Below the pieces are notes generated by a model. It saw only the letters and a program-made list of their open reading frames with translations, was not told the DNA's origin and did not search any database. From the NCBI GenBank assembly GCA_963755715.1, contig CAVWLW010000027.1, positions 128,001-192,000 of the forward strand: a stretch of 64,000 bases of DNA, written 5' to 3'. Position 1 is the stretch's first letter. Every line of letters starts with the position of its first letter. This DNA is from an uncultured delta proteobacterium. Its GTDB lineage: Bacteria > Desulfobacterota > Binatia > UBA9968. A program made the translations under genes and the position numbers. This document shows positions 40,209 through 50,853 of this stretch, piece by piece.

Positions 40209-41069
40209 TTAATGATTGAGCAGCGCCACGGCAATCGAGCCCACGGCCAAGCCGATCGTTTTTTGCTTCGACAACCGTTCCCGAAAGAGTAACACCGCCA
40301 AGACCGCGCTCACCGCGACTACGCCCACGCTATAAATCGGAAAGAGCTGCGAGCTTTGCCAGCCTTTCAACGCCAAGACTTGCAGCAACGCATAAACTGC
40401 GACGTAGTTTACTACGCCGAGAAATATCCCCGCCCAGATATGCTTCAAGCAAAAATCGGCCGAAGAGAAAACGCTTTTGACGGTACCGATCACAATGCTC
40501 GATAAAAACGCGAAGACAAACGCCGACATGACGTAGCTGTGATACGACGAATCATCGAGATAGTAAGTCTGCAGATATTTGAGAATCGTAAAGTAGACGC
40601 CAAAGGTTGCGAAAACAAGAAGCGGCAGCAACTGGAACAACCGCGATCCGCCCGCGCCTTTCTCCGGCGCGGTGCAGAGATAGAGCGCCATGAGCGCAGT
40701 TAATAACCCGGCAAGTTTAATTGCCGTCAGAGAATCGCCGTAGAGCGCAAACGCCAGGAGCGACGGTATCACCACCGACAATCGGCTCGCCAACGCGGCA
40801 AGCGCCACCCCTGCGCGCTGCGCCGTTTGGGCAAGCAGGTAAAAGTTCACTGCCAGGAGGATTCCTTGAACAGCGGCGAGCCAGAGCCAAGGCTTTGCGG
40901 TCACGCTCAGAACACCAACTGAGTTTCCCGTCAAAAGGCTTCCAACCAAAACGCAAGTTACGTAATTCGCCGGGATCGCCCAAAAAAGATTGATGCCGAA
41001 TTTATCGAAGGCGCGAAAGATAACCGGGATGACGCCCGAGCCAAAAATGGCGAGAAGTAAGTAAATCAT
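40209..41069 (-). CDS. EamA/DMT-superfamily membrane transporter
   Basis: About 10 TM helices, two-repeat architecture, LLFRERLS motif. Confidence 0.75.
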   Translation of the reverse strand: MIYLLLAIFGSGVIPVIFRAFDKFGINLFWAIPANYVTCVLVGSLLTGNSVGVLSVTAKPWLWLAAVQGILLAVNFYLLAQTAQRAGVALAALASRLSVVIPSLLAFALYGDSLTAIKLAGLLTALMALYLCTAPEKGAGGSRLFQLLPLLVFATFGVYFTILKYLQTYYLDDSSYHSYVMSAFVFAFLSSIVIGTVKSVFSSADFCLKHIWAGIFLGVVNYVAVYALLQVLALKGWQSSQLFPIYSVGVVAVSAVLAVLLFRERLSKQKTIGLAVGSIAVALLNH

Positions 41070-41103
41070 GGGCGGCGCTGTTGTGCTGTCGATGCGTTTT
41101 AGA

Positions 41104-41189
41104 GAAAGATTTCTCCCAGAGGTCGAAATAACAAAGGCGAGACAAACACGCTGTCATTTCGAAGGAGCGAAGCGACTGAGAAATCTTTC
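41104..41189. repeat. Intergenic palindromic element, same family as 31816-31913 with the arms in swapped order
   Basis: gaaagatttctcccagaggtcgaaataaca ... tgtcatttcgaaggagcgaagcgactgagaaatctttc. Confidence 0.7.
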
Positions 41190-41213
41190 TTCGACTCTCC
41201 CCTCCAAATGGCG

Positions 41214-42567
41214 TTAAAACAACAACTCGCTCACCCGCTCCATGAGGTCGCGGTGGGCTCACCTTTGCGTCGGCAAGGATCTTTTTCTCATCGAGCTGTG
41301 TGAGCGCGCGATCACGCATTAAGATTTCCCCGTTGACGATCACCGTCTGCACGTCGCTCGCTTTGGCGCAGTGAACTATTTGGCTGAAAATATCGTTCAC
41401 CGGCTGGTTATGAATCGTGTTCATGTCGAGAAGAATCAAGTCCGCCTGCTTGCCGACTTCGATCGTGCCGCACGTAGAATCGAGCCCCAACGCCTTGGCG
41501 CCGCCGATCGTCGCCATGCGCAGGACAGAATACGGATCGATGACGCCCGCGTCTTGGTGATGCACTTTCTGCAGCAGTGACGCCGCCTTCATCGTGTCGA
41601 AGAGATCCTGCGAGTGGTTGCTCGCGGCGCCGTCGGTGCCAAGGGCGACGTTCACCCCTTCACGCAACATCTCCACCACCGGGGCAACACCGTCGCCGAG
41701 CATCATATTGCTCACCGGGTTATGCGACACGGATGTGCCGGTTTCTTTCAGTATCTCAATTTCATCCTTCGACACGTGCACCGAGTGGGCGAAGATCGAA
41801 TTTTTTCCCGGGATGCCGAACTCTTGCAAAAATTCTATGACGCCGTTCTTGCCGTGATCGCGCCGCACGCACTCTACCACCGACTTCGATTCCGCCACGT
41901 GCGCGCTGATGCCGAGAGAATGATCGTCGGCAAAGCGGCGCAGCTCGCGAAGTAAATCCCGCGTGGTGTTGATCGGCGGCGTGTTCGGTCCGGTCATGAA
42001 TGAGAGCCGAGCGTCGTTTCGGTGCTTGGCTAAAATTGCCTCGATGGAATGAAACGCTTGCTCGGGCTTTTCTTTCGTACAGTCCGGAACGATCTCGCCG
42101 GTGTCCATAATCGTGCGCGCGAAAACCGCGCGCAAACCGGACTGTTGAATCGCGCCGATAGTCGCAAACGCACACTCAGCGCTAGGATTGAGGAAATTAT
42201 GCTCGCACACGGTCGTCACGCCGCTGCGGATCGCCTCGACACAGCCGAGCAAGCTGCCGGTGTAAAAATGTTCCGGCCGCAGCACTCGAGCGCAGCCGTA
42301 GATGCGCTTGAGCCACGGCATCAGCTCGAGATCTTCCCAGACCGCGCGCAGTAAAACCTGATACAGATGCGTGTGCGCGTTGATTAATCCCGGCATGAGC
42401 ATGCAACCGGAGGCGTCGATGATTCGTTCCGTCTCTGTGTTTTTTGGCGGCGCGCCGGTTCCGATCTCGGTAATCACGCCGTCTTTTGTACCGACGTAAC
42501 CGTTAAACGACCGGCGTTCATCGGTCATCGGAATGATGAGCGCATTGGTGATAATCAGATTACTCAT
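41214..42567 (-). CDS. Amidohydrolase_1 deaminase (MtaD/SsnA/AtzA-like), frameshift near the C-terminus (about 41258)
   Basis: MPGLINAHTH, SAHVAES, AHSVH, HNPVSNM, LGTDGAASN and GKQADL. The corrected end reads AHRDLMERVSELLF*. Confidence 0.88.
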
Positions 42568-42742
42568 TCGTCCCTTGTATCAGTTGTGCCGTCCTGAGCA
42601 AAAGCGAAGGATCTCGCCTTGGTCAACCTTTGGATCGGGCGGGATTGATTTTCCGATTGCGATGCCGTCTCACACGCGGAAGAAATTCTCTGAGCCGTAT
42701 CCCGCAGAAACCACCAAAGCGGAAAATAATTGTCTCACTGAC

Positions 42743-43726
42743 TCAGCCGGCTTTTCCGAACAGCTTATCCACGAACCCGCTTTTGCGGATTTCTTCCATG
42801 AGGCTCCCATCGATGAAGTCTTCAGCTTTCGCGCCGCGGGCTTTGGGCATGGGCAGCGAATCGATGACGTTTTGAATGCCGCGGGTTTCGGGCGACGGAA
42901 AGTCGCGAAAGGATTTGGACAGCCTTTCATAAAGCGCAGTCACGTCAGCGTCGCCGTTACTCTGGCGCAAGACGGCGCGCGCCACGTCGGGCTTGGACTT
43001 GAAGGTGTAAATTCCTTCGATCAACGCCTGCAAAAATCGCTTGACGTTGTCTCTTTGGTTTTTGAGCAAGGAGCCGGAAACCACCACGCCGTAGTTGGCG
43101 AACTCGAGCGGCAGCTCGGAAAGATCCGCCAGCACGCGGCAGCAACCCGTGGCGACGATCTTCGCCACACCCGTCGAGCTAACCAGCGCGGCATCCATGT
43201 GGCCGGCGATCAGCGCGGCGGTGCGCGTCGGTGTGTTGCCGGATTGGAAGAAGCTCACGTCTTTATCCGGGTCGAGCTTCCAGTAGCGCAGTGCCACGCG
43301 AGTCATAATATCCGAGCCCGAGCCGAAGCGGCTGATCGTGATCTTTTTGCCCTTGAGATCGGCCGGCGTCTTAATGCTGCTGCGCACGACAAAAAACGGC
43401 TCGAGACGATTGATCGGCACGGCGATGACCTTGAGACTGTGACCGGCCAAAGCCAGGCTGAGCATTGCCGGAGTGTCGAAACCGGCGATGCCGATGTCCC
43501 CCGACGACAGCGTCTGCGCCATCAAGCTTCCACTGGAAAGGTAAATTGTGCGCACGTCGATGCCATGCTTGCGCCAGAGCCCGTTGCGCTCGATCACTTT
43601 GAGCAGATCCGAACCGATGCCAGCGCCGCTGAAGCCCATATTGAGGATCGGAACATTTTGCGCTGACGCCGGCACACTCAACCACAAAAGCAAAGCCGCG
43701 CTGAGCTTGATCAGCCATTTTTGCAT
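42743..43726 (-). CDS. NMT1/SsuA-like solute-binding protein
   Basis: Signal peptide, DLKGKKITISRFGSGSD and FIDGSLMEEI. Confidence 0.85.
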   Translation of the reverse strand: MQKWLIKLSAALLLWLSVPASAQNVPILNMGFSGAGIGSDLLKVIERNGLWRKHGIDVRTIYLSSGSLMAQTLSSGDIGIAGFDTPAMLSLALAGHSLKVIAVPINRLEPFFVVRSSIKTPADLKGKKITISRFGSGSDIMTRVALRYWKLDPDKDVSFFQSGNTPTRTAALIAGHMDAALVSSTGVAKIVATGCCRVLADLSELPLEFANYGVVVSGSLLKNQRDNVKRFLQALIEGIYTFKSKPDVARAVLRQSNGDADVTALYERLSKSFRDFPSPETRGIQNVIDSLPMPKARGAKAEDFIDGSLMEEIRKSGFVDKLFGKAG

Positions 43727-43905
43727 GATGTCCTCCATACGATCGCCGATCCGCTTGAACGCATAAGTATTATAGTCCAGTACGAACCGTCAATGCGCAG
43801 CGGTCATGAAACGAAGCCGCCGTCGAATCAATCGATCTTTCTTCCCCTTGACCCGTGCAACCGAACGGGATTAAGCTTCAGGAAATTTCAAACCCGAGGT
43901 GATCC

Positions 43906-44313
43906 ATGGCACAAGATGCGAAAGAATTTAGATATCAGACTCCCCAATTCGAAGGTGTCAAAAAAACGTTGCAAGTTTGCAACAGCGACCTGATGAAGGT
44001 CCAGGTGCAGGTAGTCAAAAACGGCGGCGAAAATAATCTGCATACGCACACCGGCGATGACGCATTCTGGTATGTCATCAACGGCGCCGCCAAATTTTAC
44101 GGCGAAGGCGACAAGCTAATCGGAGAATACAAGAAGGGCGAAGGGATTTTGGTCCCGCGCGGCTTCAAATACTGGTTTGAAAGTTCCTCGAGCGAAGCGC
44201 TGGAAGTACTGCGCGTGACCGCCAAAGATCAAAACGTCGAAAACAAGCGCGTCGACCTCTCGCCCCAGAAGCAGTGGATGGTCGAGCAAAACACCTTCGG
44301 CACCCGCCAGTAA
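43906..44313 (+). CDS. Small cupin protein
   Basis: GGENNLHTHTGDDAFWYVING...VPRGFKYWF. Confidence 0.82.
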   Translation: MAQDAKEFRYQTPQFEGVKKTLQVCNSDLMKVQVQVVKNGGENNLHTHTGDDAFWYVINGAAKFYGEGDKLIGEYKKGEGILVPRGFKYWFESSSSEALEVLRVTAKDQNVENKRVDLSPQKQWMVEQNTFGTRQ

Positions 44314-44347
44314 ATCGGTCCGAGCGCAATCATTCGTTTCGCACCAT

Positions 44348-44377
44348 CGTAGGGGACGGTCGTGACCGTCCCCTACG
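44348..44377. repeat. GTAG-type REP-like perfect palindrome
   Basis: cgtaggggacggtc-gt-gaccgtcccctacg has perfect 14-bp arms. Confidence 0.75.
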
Positions 44378-44479
44378 TGCTTTCTCACGGCGCTGGGGCG
44401 CCGCTTGCGGCAAATTTGAGCTGGCAGAGAAATTCTTTTTTTAATATAACCTCAAGCAATTTCTGTAAGAGGTGAACGC

Positions 44480-45469
44480 ATGCGGTTAAGTAGATCTCAG
44501 CAAATTCTCTTGGCTTTGTTTCTGATCGTGATGTGGCCGCTCAAGATTGCCTCGGCTGCCGAGCTATTGCCGTTGCGTGCGAGTTACTCGTCGATCGGCG
44601 GGGCTTTTGCGCCGCTCTGGCTCGCGCAAGATAAAGGGCTTTTCACCAAATACGGCCTCGCAGTAGAGCTAAAGTATATTCTCTCGGCTACGGGAACCCA
44701 GGCGCTTTTTTCCGGTAGCATCGATATCGTCAATCCCGCCACGGAGATCGTTGAAGCCGGCCTGGGCGGTCAGCGCGTAGCTTTTATAATAGGAATTCTC
44801 AATCGCGCCGTGCTTTCCGTTTACAGCAAAGCGGAATTGCGCCAATTGACCGATCTGCGCGGCAAGGTCATGGGAGTTACATTACCGGGATCGACCACCG
44901 ACCTCACCGCGAAGATACTTTTTCAACAAGCCGGCATGGTTCCGGGCAAAGACGTGCAGGTGACTCACTTGCAAGGCATGCCGGATATCATCACCGCGTT
45001 AACGCAAGGACGGATCGACGCCGGCGTTGTCTCCGCGCCGACGACGTTGAAGCTGCGCCAAGCCGGCTTTAAAGAGCTCGTCGATGTCGCCGCTCGAAAC
45101 GTGCCGATGATACACGCCGGGCTCGCGACGACAAAGGATTTTATCAAGAACAATCCTGAAAAAGTGCGCCGCTACGTGCAAGCGTACATCGAAGGCACAA
45201 AGATCGCGCGCACCGACCCGGAGACAACCAAACAGATAATCGGCAAGTATACCAAGACCGACAACAAAGAAGACTTGGACGAGACGTACAACACCTACGC
45301 CAAGGTTTGGGAGCAAGCGCCGTACGTCTCCGCCGCCGGCATGCAGACGCTGCTCAATTTTGCCGTCAATCCAGCCGGCAAAACCGCGAAACCGGAACAG
45401 TTCATCGACAACTCGTTCGTCGCCGAGTTGGAAAAGTCCGGCTTTATTGAAAAGCTCTACAAACCGTAA
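44480..45469 (+). CDS. NMT1/SsuA-like solute-binding protein
   Basis: Signal peptide, GLFTKYGLAVE, DLRGKVMGVT.PGSTTD and FIDNSFVAELEKSGF. Confidence 0.87.
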   Translation: MRLSRSQQILLALFLIVMWPLKIASAAELLPLRASYSSIGGAFAPLWLAQDKGLFTKYGLAVELKYILSATGTQALFSGSIDIVNPATEIVEAGLGGQRVAFIIGILNRAVLSVYSKAELRQLTDLRGKVMGVTLPGSTTDLTAKILFQQAGMVPGKDVQVTHLQGMPDIITALTQGRIDAGVVSAPTTLKLRQAGFKELVDVAARNVPMIHAGLATTKDFIKNNPEKVRRYVQAYIEGTKIARTDPETTKQIIGKYTKTDNKEDLDETYNTYAKVWEQAPYVSAAGMQTLLNFAVNPAGKTAKPEQFIDNSFVAELEKSGFIEKLYKP

Positions 45470-45575
45470 GTAGAACAAAATTCCTATCACGTTGATCGCT
45501 GCGACTATGTGCGTAAATATCATCCTGAGCAACGCGAAGGATCTCGCATTATTGCGCTCGGAAGGAATATTCCCT

Positions 45576-46716
45576 GTGGATTTCGGCTTTACCCAAGAGC
45601 AACAAAAGCTAATTGATCGAGTCAATCAACTGGTGCAAGAGCGCATCGCACCCCGGGCCGCTCAGTACGATCAATCTTTCGAAGCGCCGATTGAGGACGT
45701 TCAAGATCTCCATCGAGAAGGCTGGCTGCTGGCAAATCTCGATAAGCGACGCGGCGGTCTCGGCTACGGTTTACACGGCGATGATCCATTGTCTTTTTTT
45801 CTCATCGACGAGCATCTGGCCTACGGTAATCCTTCGACGGCGCACTGTTTCCAGGTGCACAACAACGCGCTCATGATGATCGATGCCATGGCCGCCGACG
45901 CGCAAATCCAACGCTGGATCGAGCCGACGGTCAAGCATGGCGCTTTGATTCCCGGCGCCGGCGCTGAACCGCACGGAAGCGCGCCGACCACGGCAAAACG
46001 CGCTACCGGTGGCTTTCGGGTAAGCGGCACCAAACATTACGCAACCAATGCAAGTTTGGCGGAGTGGCTGTGGATCGGCCGCGTCGACTTCGGACTCGCA
46101 CGCCAAACCGATCATGTTCATGATGCACAGAGACACGCAGGGGTTGAAAATCGATACCGAGGTCTGGCGCCCGACCGGAATGCGCGCCTGTGTCAGTCCG
46201 TGGCTCTATCTTGACGACTGCTTCGTGCCGGAGGAAAACTTGCTCGGCCAACCGGGGCAATTTCTCGGTGAGAACTGGATGGGCAAGATCAACTTCGCTT
46301 TTACGGCGAATTATTTAGGTTCGGCGCGGGCGATGTACGACTGGGCTTTGAATTACATCCGCGAGCGCGGCGGCGGCAAGGATTCCTACCGCCAGCTCCG
46401 CTTCGGCGAGCTAAAAAGTATGCTCGATGCCTCGCGCCTGCTGCTCTACAATACCGTTCGAATGTTCAAGACCAACCCCGATGGCGCGATGGTTGCCGCC
46501 CACGAGGCCAAATGGATGGCCAAAGAAACCCTGGAAAAAATCATGTGGAGCGCCGCCGAAGTTTGTGGCTCAACTTCGTTATTCGAAAAACACCCGCTGG
46601 AGCGCTTTTATCGCGATATGCATCTGCACATGATGCACGGCCGGCACGACATCGCCGCGCAAATCGTCGGCGCGTCGGAGCTAGGCGAGCCCTACGACGT
46701 CAATCGGACACACTAG
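45576..46716 (+). CDS. Acyl-CoA dehydrogenase-fold flavoprotein (DszC/SfnB-like subgroup possible), frameshift near 46095
   Basis: MDFGFTQEQQ, SGTKHYATNA, W..TGMRA..S and LERFYRD. Confidence 0.8.
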
Positions 46717-46719
46717 AGG

Positions 46720-46800
46720 AAAGGATAAAGGCAAAGGGATAAAGGATAAAAAAGCGAGTCCCAGTAAATTTTATCCTTTTGCCTTTATCCTTCATCCTTT
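46720..46800. repeat. Heptamer-periodic inverted repeat (AAGGATA / TATCCTT) between convergent genes
   Basis: aaaggataaaggcaaagggataaaggataaaa ... ttttatccttttgcctttatccttcatccttt. Confidence 0.8.
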
Positions 46801-47768
46801 ATTTTCCCGCTTCCAACTCTTTCATCGCCTGGCGCGCGAAGGAAAAGTCTCTGACTTCATCCAGTGGCCGCTTTTTTTCGCCGACGCGCGCGATGATCGC
46901 TTCGATTTCCGCATCGGTCATTGTGCCGTCTTTGCTGAGGGTTTTGAGCTCGCCGTCGTAGGAATGCTCGGCGATGTCGAGCGGCTGGGGTAGCCATTTG
47001 ATCAGAGTTTGAATCGTCTCTTGGCGGTTGTCGAGAATATACAAGTGTGCTCGCAGCAGCGCCTTGAGCGTGCGCCTGACCACCTGCGGATTTTCCTTGA
47101 TGAGACGATCGGAAGTGAGCATACCGGCGGAGGGCAAGCCTACTTCGGGCGGGCCGGCCAACGCCGGATAACCCATTTTTTTGAGCATTAAATCGTGCGG
47201 CGGCGCGACACAGATCGCTTCCACCGCGCCGCTGATAAGCGCTTGCATGCGCACTGGCCCGTCGCCGATGGCGACCGCTTGCAGCAGATTTGGATTGAAT
47301 CCCTTCGCTTGCAGCATTTCTTCGGCGACCAACTGGTCCGTGCCTTTGATCGTAGCGACGCCGATGCGCTTGCCTTTGAACTGCTGCACATCTTTGATGT
47401 CGGGACGAACCATCACGTAGTACGGACCTTTTTTGAGATGAATGAAAACAAGCTTCATCGGAAAACCCTGGAGCACGCCGCGAAATACGCTGGTGAACGG
47501 CGTGGCAAAGGACACATCGCCGTTGACCACCGCCGTCGCGCCAAGCCGCGGGTTCATCTGAATGATCTCCACCTCCAAGCCTTCGCCTTTGAAGTAGCCC
47601 TTTTGCAACGCCATATACTGCGGCATCGCCGAGCTGCTGCGGCTCGCGTAAGCGATCCGCACTTTTTGCGGCGCCTCAGCGCTGAAAATCGGCGTCGCGA
47701 TGCCGAGCACGAAAGCAACATGAAACATCAACGACAGAAAGACGATGAGCGCGGTTACTCGCCAACAT
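46799..47768 (-). CDS. NMT1/SsuA-like solute-binding protein, probable frameshift in the signal peptide (about 47760)
   Basis: KGYFKGEGLEVE, FKGKRIGVAT, ALISGAVEA and DFSFARQA. Confidence 0.83.
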
Positions 47769-47782
47769 AAGGCTCCGTCCTT

Positions 47783-48749
47783 TCACTGCACGCCCAATTC
47801 TTTTTGCACTTCTCTTAACAAGCGTGTAATCGACCAATCGCTCGGGCGGAAAGTCGACATTCTTGCCGACCGCCGTGCCGAGTGTCTCGATCATGACTTT
47901 CAATCCTTTGTCCGTGGCCAGCCCGTTTTCGCTCATCGCCGGCAGCAGCGAAGCATAAACTTTATCCGCCACCGCGTCCTGCAGTTTGTAATCCTTGGCG
48001 ATGAAACGTACCGTCTCGGCGCGATTTTTGAGCGTGAATTGCAAACCGCGCAGCGTACCGCGCAAAAGTTTCTTGATCAGCTCTCGCTTGTTCTTGAGCG
48101 TCGCGTCGGAAACCGTAAAGCCGCTCTGAGGAAATTCGAGAAAATCGCCGACGTAAGCGAGCACACGCAACCCCATTTGCTCGGCATACACGTTAAAGGG
48201 CGGCGACAACGTCGTCGCGTCAAATGAGCCGGCCTTGAGTCCCTGGAGACGCGTTGACGTCGAACCGGCGACGATGCGTTTCATATCCTTGTCCGGATCC
48301 AATTTTCCGCTCGCAGCGTAGATTTTCATGGACAAATCGGTGTCGCTGCCAAAGGAGCTGATGCCGATCGTCTTGATTTTTAGATCGGCGGCGGATTTTA
48401 TCTCCGGCCGTGCGACGACGTAAAACGTCGGTTTTTTGAAAAGCCAGATGACTGTGCGCACCGGCACGTTCTGACTCGCGATAAAGCGCGACGCCGAACC
48501 GACGCAGCCGGTCGCCTGCAGATCGCCCGTCAAGAGAGCCGTCACCGCAATATCGCATTTGGTATTGAGCAGCTTGACGTCCAATCCAAGTTCCTTGAAA
48601 AAGCCTCTTTCAATGGCGAGATCGAAGTGAAAAAAATTGAGACTCTTGCCCGGATTGCCGATGAAGACTTCTTGGCCCACCGCCAAAGACGCGAGCAGAA
48701 GGTTTAAAGCGATCAGCACCACACAGATTGAACAATTGAATCTCATCAT
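47783..48749 (-). CDS. NMT1/SsuA-like solute-binding protein, frameshift near the C-terminus (about 47815)
   Basis: RGFFKELGLDV, IGISSFGSDTD and DATTLSPPF. The corrected end reads DYTLVKEVQKELGVQ*. Confidence 0.83.
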
Positions 48750-48760
48750 CACCCCGCCCC

Positions 48761-48839
48761 GGAGTGATGGAGTACTGGAGGGGTGGAGTGATGGGTTTCC
48801 GAGCCAATACCCCAGTACTCCAACACGCCATTACTCCAG
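48761..48839. repeat. Octamer-periodic inverted repeat (TGGAGT / ACTCCA)
   Basis: ggagtgat ggagtact ggaggggt ggagtgat ... ccaatacc ccagtact ccaacacg ccattact cca. Confidence 0.78.
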
Positions 48840-48851
48840 TTCCCGCTATCC

Positions 48852-49952
48852 TTACAAAGCATAGAACGCCCGCGGATTATCGATCATGATTTTTTGCCGC
48901 AACTGCGGCGATAAGTCCTGCCGAGCGTTGAGGACGTTGACGAATTGATCTTCGCGCGACGGATCGCTGTGCGGATAGTCCGAGCCGATCAGCAGATGAT
49001 CATCGCCGGTGTATTTCGCCAGATACGGAATATCCTCGTCGGCTTCGCACGCGACGTAGAGCCGATACTCGCGAAACAGCTCTGCGCTCGAGCCGAAACG
49101 AAATTTGTCCTTCTGCAAGCGCCGCACGATGTGAATCAAAAACGGCACCCAGCCGGCCGCCGCCTCGATGAAGCCGAAGCGGAGCTCGGGAAACTGTTCG
49201 GGAATCTTATTGGCGATGAGGTCGCGGAAGGCGAGCAGCGGCATCACCCGAGTGTGGCCGAAGGTGTGATTCCGAGATAGCTCGAACATTTCGAGAATCG
49301 CCCTGACGCCGCAGCCGGTGTGAACGCAAATCGACAGGTTCTGTTTCTGCGCTTCCTCGTAAATCGGAAAGAGGTACGGATTGTCGAGGGTGTAGTCGCC
49401 TTCGATGCCGCGAAAGAAAATACCGACGGCGCCATTTTGTTTGGCGAAGCGGATTTCGTCGACTGCTTCGCTCATCGACTGAAACGGCAAAACCGCGACC
49501 CAGTTCATCCGATCCGACGCCTGGGCGCAGGCCTGCGCGAGGAAACGGTTGTAGGCACGGCACAGCGCGATCTCCAGGTCACGGTCCTTGGTGTTATAAA
49601 CGAGAAAAAGCGTAGGATAAACGACCTGCTTGGCGGTATGGAGCTTATCCATATCGGCGAGGCGACCCTTGATGTCGGTCATTTCCCTCGTCGCCGGCGT
49701 GGAGTCTTTGCGGCCCGCCTGGACTTTTTGCGCAGAGGGGGTGACGAGAGCAAAACTCCCCTTGCCCGCCGGCTTGGGGTAGATTTCGCCGTCGATCAGC
49801 CAAAACGCATTGCGGTTGCCGTACCAAGTGTCTTCGGGCACCGACAGCATGATGGGCCGGCGCGGCTGCATCGCCTTCTCCATCATCGCCCACATCGCTT
49901 CGCCTTCGGAAATGTGCGTATCGGCATCGATAATTCCTTGCATAGCTTTCAC
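48852..49952 (-). CDS. Amidohydrolase_2 family protein
   Basis: IDADTH, CVHTG, FIEAAAGW, GSDYPH and DNPRAFY. Confidence 0.86.
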   Translation of the reverse strand: MKAMQGIIDADTHISEGEAMWAMMEKAMQPRRPIMLSVPEDTWYGNRNAFWLIDGEIYPKPAGKGSFALVTPSAQKVQAGRKDSTPATREMTDIKGRLADMDKLHTAKQVVYPTLFLVYNTKDRDLEIALCRAYNRFLAQACAQASDRMNWVAVLPFQSMSEAVDEIRFAKQNGAVGIFFRGIEGDYTLDNPYLFPIYEEAQKQNLSICVHTGCGVRAILEMFELSRNHTFGHTRVMPLLAFRDLIANKIPEQFPELRFGFIEAAAGWVPFLIHIVRRLQKDKFRFGSSAELFREYRLYVACEADEDIPYLAKYTGDDHLLIGSDYPHSDPSREDQFVNVLNARQDLSPQLRQKIMIDNPRAFYAL

Positions 49953-49976
49953 CTCGAATAATGAATTTGTGCTCGG

Positions 49977-50828
49977 CTAATAGAAATTGTGCTCGATGGA
50001 AAGATAGAGCAGCGCGCCATAATTGCCCGCGTTGCGATTAAGGCCGATCGGCGCCCCAGCACCAACAACGACCTGCAATTTCTCCTCGTTCACCACTGCC
50101 GTCCGAAAGCCCGGCGAGATCACCGGCAGGAATTCCCGCCTGGCCTTGCCCGCATCATTGATGCTTTCCTGGAACACGCCAATCCATTCGAGCATCAGGT
50201 GAAACCGCGGCAATAACGCGAATATCCCGCTCGCTCCAAGGTTATATGTAACCAGTGAATGACGCGGCGAAAGAGGCCCCGTGCTGCCGCCCAGGCGCTC
50301 CCGTACACCGGGAAGATAAGTGACGCCCAGATTGGCGTTCGTCGCGAATCGCGGGCCGAGCTTCTTGCTGAAAGGAAGCGCCCATTGATAGCCGACCACG
50401 CCATTGCCGGTGCCGCGATCGCGGTTGCCGGTCGGCAGGATCAGACTAAAACGCGGCGCGAAAGCAGGCTTGAACTCCCCCTCTTCCAGCGCCTGGTAAC
50501 GATAATTGAGCAGCATATCGCCGATACCGTAAATGCGGTCTGGCTCTTGGATCAGATGGCCCGACAGAATCGTATATGAGAACTGATGCTCTTGGGAAAA
50601 GACCGGCCATTCCTGCGTGAAATTGAATAGCCATCCGTGCTGTGCTCCGCTCGTCGTGTACGATGCATTGAAAATATGCTGCACGACTCCCGGCTCTTGG
50701 TTGTAGGCCTCTTCGATGAGAAAACTGTTGTCTTCAATCACCTCGATCGGCGTCTCCTCTGCGGCGCGGGCCATAGAACAAAGCAAAACTGCCCACAAGA
50801 TTACAGTCCATAGACCCGTTACTCTCAT
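49977..50828 (-). CDS. Putative outer-membrane beta-barrel (MetA-pathway-of-phenol-degradation-like)
   Basis: Signal peptide, DNSFLIEEAYNQEPGVVQHI, GIGD.LLNYRYQ, LILPTG, alternating beta-strand pattern and C-terminal aromatic residue. Confidence 0.65.
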   Translation of the reverse strand: MRVTGLWTVILWAVLLCSMARAAEETPIEVIEDNSFLIEEAYNQEPGVVQHIFNASYTTSGAQHGWLFNFTQEWPVFSQEHQFSYTILSGHLIQEPDRIYGIGDMLLNYRYQALEEGEFKPAFAPRFSLILPTGNRDRGTGNGVVGYQWALPFSKKLGPRFATNANLGVTYLPGVRERLGGSTGPLSPRHSLVTYNLGASGIFALLPRFHLMLEWIGVFQESINDAGKARREFLPVISPGFRTAVVNEEKLQVVVGAGAPIGLNRNAGNYGALLYLSIEHNFY

Positions 50829-50853
50829 CCAGTTTTCCCCCGACGCGAAAATC

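Noticed and set aside
42620-42740. Possible riboswitch upstream of the deaminase
   Set aside because: I recognise no conserved aptamer motif. An Rfam cmscan would settle it.
42533-43666. 377-aa plus-strand ORF
   Set aside because: Antisense to a clear binding-protein gene, with no recognisable motifs.
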